A DNA stretch of 64,000 nt from a bacterium. Lineage in GTDB: Bacteria; Myxococcota_A; Polyangia; HGW-17; JAJRWW01. The notes under the pieces are model-generated. The model was not told the DNA's origin and did no database searches. It saw only the letters and a list, made by a program, of their open reading frames with translations. A program made the position numbers and the translations under genes. Below, piece after piece: positions 8,346 to 16,824 of the stretch. Position 1 is the first letter of the stretch. Every line of letters begins with the position of its first letter. The stretch covers positions 11,842 to 75,841 of the forward strand of contig JBDRSE010000199.1 of assembly GCA_043825095.1 (NCBI GenBank). The letters run 5' to 3'.

Positions 8346-11300
8346 TCAGGCGTTGTCGTCGGGGGTTCCGGGGGGGGGCTTGGGGGCGGAGGTTTTCGCC
8401 CTGAGTGCTTCTTCAGCCACCGCCTCGAGCTCAGCGATCACGTCTGGCTCTTGCTCTTTTCCGTGCTCGTGCTCGTGCTCGGATTCTACCCTAGTCTCTG
8501 GCTCTGACTTGCTCGTGGACTCGGGCTTGGGCGAAGGTGCGCGCTTTGGCTCCGGCTCATCGTCGAGCACGATGGAGTCCAGCGAAGCGGCGTCCTCTGG
8601 GCGCTGCCGGGGCTTGGGCAGCTCCGAGAGGTCCGGAAGCTCGGTCACGGTGTCGGCGTCCATGCCCCAGGTGTCCCACGCGCGGGCCTCGTCGTCCACG
8701 GGTTCGGTGGGGAAGCGGCTGAGGGTGGGGGCGCGGAAGAAGTCGTTGTTGAGCGCCTCGTCAGCCGCGTCGTCACCCCGTTCGCGGTGAAGGCTCAGCA
8801 GCTCCTGTCGCAGGGCCTCGTACTTGGAGCGGGGGACCGCGTTCCCGAGGGCCGCGCTCGCGGTGTGCAGGCGGAGCATGAGCTGCTCGAGCCGGCGATT
8901 GAGCTGATCGATTTCGGCCTGGGAGGCCTCGGGCACCACGGCGCCGGTGCGTAGGTATTCGAGCTGGTTGCGCAGGGTCTGGAGCTCCTCGTCCTTACCT
9001 CGGGACAGTTCCTTCCAGCGCGCCAGCTCGTCTCGGCCCATCTCCAGGTTGGCCACGCTCGCCGACACCCGCGCCGCGTTGCGATCCGCCGCGTCCCGGA
9101 GCTCCCAGATCTCGCCCTCTCGCTGCTCGAGCTGTCGGACAGCCTCCTCGAACTCGGCGGCGCGGACCTCGATCTCGGCCTGCAGGCGCATCTGGCTGAC
9201 GCGGCTCGCCTCCTCGATGCTCTCCAGCTCCTCCCGGAGCTCTTTGATCTCGTGGATCCGCTGCTCCTGGGTTTTGAGCAGGTCCGCCTGGGCTTTCTGC
9301 AGGGCCTCCTTCAAGGGCTGGAGCGTCTCGTCTCCCTCGGTGACGGTCGTCACCAGACCTGCGGTGGCCTGCTCCAGGGAGCGCTTCAGCGCTTCGGTTT
9401 CACGCTCTCGGGCCTCCAGCTCCGTGCGGAGCGAGAACACCTCCGCGGCCCGCGTCTTGCGGTCGGCTTCGGTGGCCTCCATGGCCTGTTGTTGGCTCTT
9501 CAGCCTGTTCCGGAGGGTGTCTAAGTCGGATCGACTGGCAGCGAGGGCCTCTCCCAGGTCCTCCACGACGCCGGCCTGCACAATGAGCTGTTGAGACTTC
9601 TCCTCGAGGTCGGTGCGCCGCTCCCGGTCGGCGCTGGCGGCGTGGGTGAGCTCGGAGCGCTGGGTGTCGAGGGTCGTGCGGAGCGTTTCTGCTTCGGCGC
9701 GGGCCTCCTGTAGACTCGTGGCGAGCTGCTCTGCCTCCAGGGCGCGCACCTCGGCGTGATCCTGGGCCTGATGCAGGACGGCGCGCAGCTTCTCGAGCTC
9801 GCGCGACAGGGCGGAGATCTCTTCCCGCCGAGAGGCGAGCTCCGCGGTGAGGTCGGTGTCGCCCCCGTCCGCGGCCAGCTGCTCCAGGTCGGCCTTGAGC
9901 CCGATGATCTCGGCCTCGCGTGCGCGAAGCTCCCCCTGTGCCGCCTCGAGCTCGAGCTGGGTGTTCTTGAGGGAGGCGAGATCACGGGTCCGACCGGCGG
10001 CCTCACGCTGATGTTCCGCCGCCTCCCGCGTGGCTTGCTTGAGCTTGCGTTCCAGAGACTCGGTGCGCTCGTCCAGATCCCGGAGCTGTTGCCGCAGCCC
10101 GTTGACCGTGTCCTCCGAGCTCCGCAGCTCGATCGCGCGCTTCGTGACCTCCTCGCGCAGCCGGTCCCGCTCCTGGGCGATGTCGGCCAGCAGGCGGCCC
10201 CGCTCCACCCCTTCCGCGGCGCGGGTCTGCAGCGCCTCGTTCTGGGCGCGCAGCTCCCGCACCTCGTGGGTGAGCTCCTCGGTGCGCTGCTTCGAGGAGC
10301 GGAGCTCCTCCTGGAGCCGGGCTGCGGTTTCGACCCGCTCCATGAACTGCGATTCCATCTCCGCCAGCCGCCCGCTCCGGGCCTCGAGGTCGGCCTCCAG
10401 GCGCTCGGTGAGGCTCTGTACGCCGCGCAGCTCGATGTCCGCGCGTTCGGCGCGCTGGGTGAGGTGGCCGATCCTTCCCAGCAGCTCACTCCGCTCCTCC
10501 TCGAACGCCTCGGTGCGGGCCGCCAGGGCTTCCTCCGCCTCCGCTTTCCCGGCGGTGAGCACCGCGGCTTGCTCCCTCGTCTGCTCGAGCTGTCTCGACA
10601 GCTCGTCGAGTTGCTCGCGCTGCAGCGAGGTTTCATCGGCCACGGAGCCGGCGCGTTTCTGAAGGGTCTCCTTCTTGGCGTGTAGTCGCTCGAGCTCGGC
10701 CTCCAGCTCGCCGATCCGGGCGCGCGAGGCCTCGGCTTTGGATTCGCGGGGCGGCGCGGCGCCGCGCCGCTCCTCCCACCGTTGCCGCGCGGTGGGCCGG
10801 GCGGCATCCAGCCCATCGACCCGATCCACCGCTGTCGCGGCGGCGGCCCGCTGGGTTTCCAGCTCCCACCGGACCTGGTCGAGCTGGGCCCGATTCTCCT
10901 CGGCTGAGGCGGTCAGACGCTCCACGTCCGCCTTGGCGCGCAGCACCTCGTCCTTGGCGCGCTCGAGGGCAATGTGCGTCTGCGTGACCTGCTTCTGGAG
11001 ACTGGAGTGCTGGTCGCGCTCCTTCGTCAGGTCCGTGCGGAAGGAATCGGCCAGGGTTTCCATCCGGGCGATCTCCCGCTTGAGCCGCTCCTGGAGCTCC
11101 TGATCCGACTCAGACTTGACCTGGCGGCTCTGCAGCTCCGCCTTGAGCGCCTCGGCGTCCCGGCGGGTCGTGAGCAGAGAGTCCCGCTCCTGATCGGCGC
11201 GGTCCACCCGGGCGCGGGCGTGGGCCAGGTCCTCGCGCAGCTGGTCGATGGTCGCCTGGGAGGACTCGGCCTCCTGCTCCAGCCGGAGGACATTCTCCCG

Positions 11301-13952
11301 GGCGGTGATCACCTCCGCCTCCCGGGCGCCGAGGGCCTCTCGGGCCTGATCCGACGTCGCGCGCAGCCGATCGATCTCTCCGTCAGCCGCCTCGGCGCGC
11401 TGCCCCGCCAGCCGGCGCTCGGCGCTCAGCTCGGCGCGGGCCTCGTTCGCGACGTTCTCGGCGGCGTGGGCCGTCTCCCGGGCCGCCTCGAGCTCCTGCC
11501 GTGCCGCGGCCAGACGGCTGCGCAGGTCGTCGACTTCTTGCTGCTGTCGATCCGCCAGCTCCCGAAGCTCGGCGACCCGCTCCTCGTGTTGGGCACGGGT
11601 GGACAGGTGCTGCTCGTTCTTCTCCTCGAGCTCGGATTCGAGCCGCTGCAACAGCTCCCGGGCGGCGCGAAGCTCCGCCTGGTGCGCGTGATCGGAGCGC
11701 TCGTCCTTGTAGGTGAGTTGCCGGAGGGAGTCGGCCTCCTCCCGGGCCTCGATGTAGCGGCTGGTGAGGTCCGTGACCCGGCGCGCGGCCTCCTCACTCT
11801 CTCGCCCCAGCTGGGCGCGGGTTTCGTCCAGCTGGGTTTCGATCTTGGCGGCCCAGTCCTTGGTGGTTCGCAGCTCCACCGTGGCGGTTTCGGCGAGGGA
11901 CTTCTGTTCGGCGATCTGCTCCCGGAGCAGCTCCTGTTCCGCCTCCCGAGCGCTGAGCTTTCGCTCCAAGACCTCGATCCGCTTGGCCCGCTCCTTGAGG
12001 TTCTCGTCGAAGTGCCGCAGGGTTTCATTGCGCTCGCGTAGCCGCACCGAGAGCATCTCTTTGGCGCGATCGCTGTCGGTGATCTGCTGCTGCAGCTCCC
12101 CGATGCGCCCGTTGCTCTCCTCCAGCGACTCCTCGAGGTGGATCCGAGAGGTCCGGAGCGCTTCGGACTCCACGTCTCGAGCCTTGGTGGAATGGGTGTA
12201 GCCGAGCAGCTCGTCCTCGAGCTCGTTGACGCGGCTCTGGAGTGCCTGCGTCTCGTGCATGCGTCGGTTGGAATCCTCGCGCACGGCCTCGAGGGACTGC
12301 TCAAGCTTGGCGACGCTCTCTTCGCCGGCCCGCTTCTCGGCCAACAGGCGACGGCGCTCGGACTCGGCCCGCTCCAAGGCCCCCGTGGCTTCGACGAGCT
12401 TGGTGTTGACCGCGGCGAGCTTGGCGGCGCTGGCCTGGAGCTCCTCTGTGAGGCGATCTCGCTCTTCGGCCACGGTGACCGACGCGTCGGCGCGCTCGGC
12501 CAACGTCGAGTGATCCCGCTGGAATCGATCGAGCCGGGCGCTCAAGCGCTCTCGGGTGGCCAGGAGCTCCGCCTGCCCCTCCTCCGAAGCGATGAGCTGT
12601 TCCCGGAGCTGGTCCCGCTGCCGCTGAACCTCGTTGAGCTTGTTGTACATCAGCTCCCGGGATTCCACCGACGTGGCCAGATCGCGCTTGGCATCCTCCA
12701 GCCGGCGCTTGAGCTCACCCACCTCGAACTTCTGCGACTCGGCAGAGTTCAGGTTGTCAGCGTACTTTTGCTGCATGGAGTCGAACTCGGCGCGCAGCTC
12801 CTTCTGGGCGGCGAGGATCTGCTCCCGATCCCACGCCGCTTGGTCGCGCTCCGCCGCCAGCGCCGCCACGGCCTCCTGCATCTGGGAGGCGCGGGAGTCG
12901 AGCTCGCTGTGGGCGGCCTGCTCGGACTCGATCTGTCGGGCCAGCCCGTCAGCCTGGGCTTCCATGGACGCGAGCTCGGTCAGGTGCTTTTGCGCCTCTG
13001 CGGTCTTTCTGCGGAGCTCGCGTTCGGCGTCCTTGAGCAGACGCTTGAGGTCCTCTTCCGAGTCGGCCAGGCCCTCCGTGCGGGTTTCGGCCTTGGCCAG
13101 GCGATCCTGGGTTTCGCGCAGCCTCCGCGCCGTGTCGCTGAGCTCGGCCTCGATCTCCCGTACGCGATCCTGGGCCTCTTGCACCGTGCGCTCGAGGTTG
13201 TCCATGCGCGCGACCCGTCCGGCGAGCCGGAGGATCTCGGTTTCCGAGGACTGAAGCTGGTCGTTGAGCTCCCGGAGCTGGCGTCGCATCTGCAGGGACT
13301 GGGCGTCGTCGGGAGCATCCGGGTCGTGGGTGCGAACGATTTCGGGTCGGGTGCGGGGAGGGCGGGCCGCAATGGGAGGCGCCGCGGATCCCGTGACCCG
13401 GGTGAGCGGCAGGCCCGGGAGGCCGGTTCGAATGACGAGCCGCTCGAAGTCCGGCACGAGCTGTCCTGCCAGCGCCAGGAGGATGTGGTCGGGTTCGTCT
13501 CCGTCCGCGTCAAAGGTGAGCAGGAGGCGTTTGCGAAACTTGTCCTCCGTCAGGTCGTACAGGGCGGTGGCTTCCTCCACGGTGCTCCGCGCCACGAGGC
13601 AGACGATCCCCTGTGACTTGAGCACGCGGCGCGCTTCGTCCAGGGCCCTGGTGGCGTCCATGTCGTACTTGCTCGGCAGGGGTATCGGCAGCACGATGCC
13701 CGCCAGGGAGCGATCCTGCGCCGGCGCGCCATCGGGATCCAGACGCAGTCCTGCCTGGGCCTCGCTCCCGTCCTGACCCGACTGCGCGGCAGCGGCGGCC
13801 TGGATCCACTCGCGCCGCAGGGGAGTGTCTGCCTCCTCCGGCTTCTCGGGGAGTTCGCCGAAGAGCAGAGATTGCCCCGGCGGGGCGATTTTCTCGACCA
13901 ATTGACAGGCCGAGAAACAAACCCGCGGGTCGATGGGATCACCGCTGGCCAT
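8346..13952 (-). CDS. Giant (1868 aa) coiled-coil protein with a globular N-terminal domain of about 190 aa and an acidic, disordered C-terminal tail
   Basis: Uninterrupted ORF with strong GC3 bias. About 1500 residues have E/R/L/A/Q-rich heptad-like sequence. No Walker A/B motifs are seen, so it is not an SMC ATPase. The N-terminal region ...ATRALDEARRVLKSQGIVCLVARST... resembles the distal half of a class I methyltransferase fold. Confidence 0.85.
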   Translation of the reverse strand: MASGDPIDPRVCFSACQLVEKIAPPGQSLLFGELPEKPEEADTPLRREWIQAAAAAQSGQDGSEAQAGLRLDPDGAPAQDRSLAGIVLPIPLPSKYDMDATRALDEARRVLKSQGIVCLVARSTVEEATALYDLTEDKFRKRLLLTFDADGDEPDHILLALAGQLVPDFERLVIRTGLPGLPLTRVTGSAAPPIAARPPRTRPEIVRTHDPDAPDDAQSLQMRRQLRELNDQLQSSETEILRLAGRVARMDNLERTVQEAQDRVREIEAELSDTARRLRETQDRLAKAETRTEGLADSEEDLKRLLKDAERELRRKTAEAQKHLTELASMEAQADGLARQIESEQAAHSELDSRASQMQEAVAALAAERDQAAWDREQILAAQKELRAEFDSMQQKYADNLNSAESQKFEVGELKRRLEDAKRDLATSVESRELMYNKLNEVQRQRDQLREQLIASEEGQAELLATRERLSARLDRFQRDHSTLAERADASVTVAEERDRLTEELQASAAKLAAVNTKLVEATGALERAESERRRLLAEKRAGEESVAKLEQSLEAVREDSNRRMHETQALQSRVNELEDELLGYTHSTKARDVESEALRTSRIHLEESLEESNGRIGELQQQITDSDRAKEMLSVRLRERNETLRHFDENLKERAKRIEVLERKLSAREAEQELLREQIAEQKSLAETATVELRTTKDWAAKIETQLDETRAQLGRESEEAARRVTDLTSRYIEAREEADSLRQLTYKDERSDHAHQAELRAARELLQRLESELEEKNEQHLSTRAQHEERVAELRELADRQQQEVDDLRSRLAAARQELEAARETAHAAENVANEARAELSAERRLAGQRAEAADGEIDRLRATSDQAREALGAREAEVITARENVLRLEQEAESSQATIDQLREDLAHARARVDRADQERDSLLTTRRDAEALKAELQSRQVKSESDQELQERLKREIARMETLADSFRTDLTKERDQHSSLQKQVTQTHIALERAKDEVLRAKADVERLTASAEENRAQLDQVRWELETQRAAAATAVDRVDGLDAARPTARQRWEERRGAAPPRESKAEASRARIGELEAELERLHAKKETLQKRAGSVADETSLQREQLDELSRQLEQTREQAAVLTAGKAEAEEALAARTEAFEEERSELLGRIGHLTQRAERADIELRGVQSLTERLEADLEARSGRLAEMESQFMERVETAARLQEELRSSKQRTEELTHEVRELRAQNEALQTRAAEGVERGRLLADIAQERDRLREEVTKRAIELRSSEDTVNGLRQQLRDLDERTESLERKLKQATREAAEHQREAAGRTRDLASLKNTQLELEAAQGELRAREAEIIGLKADLEQLAADGGDTDLTAELASRREEISALSRELEKLRAVLHQAQDHAEVRALEAEQLATSLQEARAEAETLRTTLDTQRSELTHAASADRERRTDLEEKSQQLIVQAGVVEDLGEALAASRSDLDTLRNRLKSQQQAMEATEADRKTRAAEVFSLRTELEARERETEALKRSLEQATAGLVTTVTEGDETLQPLKEALQKAQADLLKTQEQRIHEIKELREELESIEEASRVSQMRLQAEIEVRAAEFEEAVRQLEQREGEIWELRDAADRNAARVSASVANLEMGRDELARWKELSRGKDEELQTLRNQLEYLRTGAVVPEASQAEIDQLNRRLEQLMLRLHTASAALGNAVPRSKYEALRQELLSLHRERGDDAADEALNNDFFRAPTLSRFPTEPVDDEARAWDTWGMDADTVTELPDLSELPKPRQRPEDAASLDSIVLDDEPEPKRAPSPKPESTSKSEPETRVESEHEHEHGKEQEPDVIAELEAVAEEALRAKTSAPKPPPGTPDDNA

Positions 13953-14040
13953 GCCTTCTCCGGCTGTGGTTCAACTCTGGGGTCGAGTCCAGGGGGCACT
14001 CGAGCAAACAGTGCGCACGATTGTAGGGCGATCGAGCTAA

Positions 14041-15039
14041 TTGGGCAACTCTTTTGACATTTTTCGCCGTCGGCGCCATAGTCCGAGGGTGGCTTCTCGC
14101 ACTTGGCTCATCACGCGTCGCATCTTGCCCTGGCTCATCGCGATCGCGCTCCTGACGTGGGTTTTTTGGGGGATTCCCCTCGGGAAGTTCATGGGCGCGC
14201 TGTCCCAGGGGCAGTTTTCTTGGTTCATTCCAGCCATGGCCTTGTGCATGATCAGCATCTTTTTTGCGGATTGCCTCGCCATATCCAAGACGTTCTCGTG
14301 GTTTACGACAGATTTTCCCTATCGGGAGGTGCTGCCCATACGTGGGGCGAGCTACCTGTTGTCAGTGATCAACTACAACCTCGGGCAAGGGGCGCTTGTA
14401 CTGTTCGCGAAACGCGCCAAGGGAGTCACAATCGGCAGAGCCACGGGCACGGTGCTGATGCTCATGGGTATCAACCTGGTGGTACTGCTGATCCTCTCGG
14501 CCGTCGGGTTGTTCATCGCCGATGCGCCCCGTGCCTTGGCCTTTCGCCCTTGGGTCCTTGGCCTGATGGGAGCGTTCGTGGTGTACCTGGTAGCGATCAC
14601 GTGGAAGCCCGCCTTCCTGGCCCGGGTGAGCCTCGCCGAGCCCATGCTGAATGCCGGTCTCCGGGGGCACCTCGCGGCTGTTGCGGTGCGGGTTCCGCAC
14701 CTGTCACTGGTCCTGTTTGCGCACTACATCGCGATGCGCGCCTTTGGGATCGAGCCGCCGCTGCACGTGTTCGCTTCGACCATGCCCTTCGTGATGCTGA
14801 TGAGCACGATTCCCATCAGCCCTCAGGGGCTGGGAACGACTCAGGTCGCAGCGGTGTACTTCTTCGCGCCGTACGCGCAGGGCGACGCTGCGACCCGGGA
14901 GGCCACCATCCTCGCCTACTCCCTCACCACCTCGGTGATGGCCATCCTGTTCATGCTGACCATGGGGTTCCTCTATTTCCGGACCGGCATGCGGCTGCTG
15001 CACCTCGCCCAGGAAAAAGACGACGGCGCGGGATCTTAG
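14041..15039 (+). CDS. Polytopic membrane protein, LPG-synthase-TM / UPF0104 (flippase-like) family
   Basis: About 8 predicted TM segments. The family-like features are a basic N-terminus followed by LPWLIAIALLTWVFWGIPL, then GASYLLSVINYNLGQGALVLF and MSTIPISPQGLGTTQVAAVYFF. The start is uncertain (TTG 14041 or GTG 14089). Confidence 0.55.
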   Translation: MGNSFDIFRRRRHSPRVASRTWLITRRILPWLIAIALLTWVFWGIPLGKFMGALSQGQFSWFIPAMALCMISIFFADCLAISKTFSWFTTDFPYREVLPIRGASYLLSVINYNLGQGALVLFAKRAKGVTIGRATGTVLMLMGINLVVLLILSAVGLFIADAPRALAFRPWVLGLMGAFVVYLVAITWKPAFLARVSLAEPMLNAGLRGHLAAVAVRVPHLSLVLFAHYIAMRAFGIEPPLHVFASTMPFVMLMSTIPISPQGLGTTQVAAVYFFAPYAQGDAATREATILAYSLTTSVMAILFMLTMGFLYFRTGMRLLHLAQEKDDGAGS

Positions 15040-15215
15040 CCTCGACTTTCGCACTTTGTTCTACTGCGAACGGCCGAATTCGTGTCTGTCCGCGTTGCGC
15101 GTCGGTTTTTTTGTTCGATGTAGGTCGACTACACCTCCGCAAAAAACCTCTTCGCGCCTTGACAGACACGATTTCTTCTCGTCCTCGCGACGAAAAAGTG
15201 CGAAAGTCGAGCCTA
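15037..15215. repeat. 179-nt imperfect palindrome centred on GTCGAC (15124-15129), spanning the whole convergent intergenic region including both stop codons
   Basis: The outer arms CTCGACTTTCGCACTTT (15041-15057) and AAAGTGCGAAAGTCGAG (15195-15211) are perfect 17-bp complements. Inner complementary blocks are TCGTGTCTGTC (15080-15090) with GACAGACACGA (15161-15171), and GGTTTTTT with AAAAAACC. TAG (15037) and CTA (15213) mirror each other. Confidence 0.85.
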
Positions 15216-15629
15216 GCGAAGATCGGTGTTGACCGTCTCCTTGAAGTGCAGTTTCGATTCCTTGCTTACCATCGGCCAGCGGGCGTAGACTGTCCACTCC
15301 GCGTGGATCTTGATGCTCTTGGGCATTTTTTTGACGATGACCGTGAGCTGCTCACTGGGAATCTTCAGGATGTCCAGCAGCCGATTTCGCACCCGACGGT
15401 GGATCTTGTTTTCGAGCTCGACCCAGCCCTCCTTCTGATGGCGGAGCGAGTACGCCTTGGAACCCTCGTCTTTCATGATCGATGTCGCCCTGTAGTAACT
15501 GTAGTAGGGGGGGACGAAGACGAGTCCGAAGTAGATCGCCGCAAGGACTCCAACCAGCAGGCCGACTTTCGCCGGCGTGATTTTCCGCGGCTGCTTGTAT
15601 CTGACCTTCTGTCCGGGGTAGTACGCCAA
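15213..15629 (-). CDS. Small single-pass membrane protein, unknown function
   Basis: 138-aa ORF with a TTG start. It has an N-terminal basic stretch and then the TM helix VGLLVGVLAAIYFGLVFVPPYY. GC is lower than in neighbouring genes, but the sequence is clean and protein-like. I recognise no family. Confidence 0.5.
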   Translation of the reverse strand: MAYYPGQKVRYKQPRKITPAKVGLLVGVLAAIYFGLVFVPPYYSYYRATSIMKDEGSKAYSLRHQKEGWVELENKIHRRVRNRLLDILKIPSEQLTVIVKKMPKSIKIHAEWTVYARWPMVSKESKLHFKETVNTDLR

Positions 15630-15662
15630 GTTGATGCCCTTCAGGTGAATATCGCTGCGCTG

Positions 15663-15690
15663 TTTACATTACAACAATAGTTGATACAGT
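15663..15690 (+). promoter_or_regulatory. Sigma-70-type promoter candidate (TTTACA-16 nt-TACAGT) upstream of the SBP-like/histidine-kinase pair
   Basis: It sits in an AT-rich patch of the divergent intergenic region, 52 nt upstream of ATG 15742. Confidence 0.35.
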
Positions 15691-15741
15691 GACATCTCTC
15701 AAGCGCAGTCGACAGCGATTTCCTGCGTCGAGAACAGTGCG

Positions 15742-16824
15742 ATGACACAGCGAAAGTGCCCCACGACAACGCCGAGAAGGGCCGCTTGGCTGCTCTGCGC
15801 CGTCTTCCTGCTGTCGGTAGTTACGACCGCTGAGGGGAGACGGCGTCGCCGGAGAGGCAAGCGAGCCGGGAAACCGGTCGAGAAGGTGGCGCGGGAGCTT
15901 CGGAGCGTTGGAAGCCCGAAGGTCGTCATCGTGAGGCGCGGCAACGTCCGGGAGTTCGCCCGGGCCGCCAAGGCCTTTCGCCGGGTGTCGACCTTCCCGG
16001 TGGGCGAGGTTGTCCTGGAACCCGGGCAGTCCCAGAAAGACCTGCTGGAGGACATCGAAGACGCCAAGCCGAAAGTTGTGCTCGCCCTGGGCCCCATGGC
16101 GGCGGGCGTGCTGTCTCGTGGGTTGGGGGCAGTGCCCGTGGTGTTCGCCTACCTGTCCCGTCGCCCGGCCACGACTGCACTCCACGGCGGTTGGCTGGCG
16201 CTCGGCGCGCGCAGCCAACACGTGCTCCAGTGGGTGGAGCGGCTGCGTCCGGGAGTGAAGACCGCCGCGGTGGTGGTTCGGGACGGCGGGGGCGCGCTGG
16301 CCACCTCGTTTCGCAAGGCGTGCCGTCGGGCCGGGATCAAGGCCCTCGTGGCGGTGGCGATGTCCTCCGGAGGGGCGCTTCGTTCCGTGGTCGCGTTGAT
16401 GACGCAGCGCCCCGGAGCGCTCTGGCTGGGTCACCACGTGGAGCTCTATCCGCCCGCGGTGCTGCGGCAGCTTGTGCAGTTGCAGGCCAGGTTCCGGATG
16501 GTTGTGGTCGGGCTCACACCGGAGCACACACGTGTGGGGTTGGCGATGTCCTTGGATGGCGGGCCCGAGCAGGTGGCCCGGGCGGCCCATGAGCTGATCC
16601 GAAGCCGGATCCGACGCTGGCTCTTGTCACGGCCGGCCCGGCGCAACGATTCCGGCGGGAGTCGAGGTCGGGGTACGTCGCCGCAACCCAAGCCCGAGGC
16701 ATCGCAGCTGACCCTCCAGGAGGTGAAGGTCGAGCGGGTGACCCTGAACGAGCGGAGCGCGGCGGCCCTCGGGCTGGACTGGAAGCGGGCCGTCGCCGCC
16801 GGCGCGAGGAGAGTGCGCCCGTGA
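15742..16824 (+). CDS. Secreted periplasmic-binding-protein-like protein (ABC_sub_bind-type fold, tentative)
   Basis: Signal peptide AAWLLCAVFLLSVVTTAEG. The alternating beta-alpha pattern has blocks PKVVLALGPMAAGVL, VPVVFAYL, VKTAAVVV and GIKALVAVAMSS..PGALWLG, as in SBPs that accompany sensor kinases. Its stop overlaps the next gene's start (GTGA). Confidence 0.55.
   Translation: MTQRKCPTTTPRRAAWLLCAVFLLSVVTTAEGRRRRRRGKRAGKPVEKVARELRSVGSPKVVIVRRGNVREFARAAKAFRRVSTFPVGEVVLEPGQSQKDLLEDIEDAKPKVVLALGPMAAGVLSRGLGAVPVVFAYLSRRPATTALHGGWLALGARSQHVLQWVERLRPGVKTAAVVVRDGGGALATSFRKACRRAGIKALVAVAMSSGGALRSVVALMTQRPGALWLGHHVELYPPAVLRQLVQLQARFRMVVVGLTPEHTRVGLAMSLDGGPEQVARAAHELIRSRIRRWLLSRPARRNDSGGSRGRGTSPQPKPEASQLTLQEVKVERVTLNERSAAALGLDWKRAVAAGARRVRP

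Noticed and set aside
8370-8378. G9/C9 homopolymer near the 3' end of the coiled-coil gene as a phase-variation switch
   Set aside because: A frameshift there would alter only the last roughly 10 codons of an 1868-aa protein. The tract simply encodes PPP within a Pro-rich tail.
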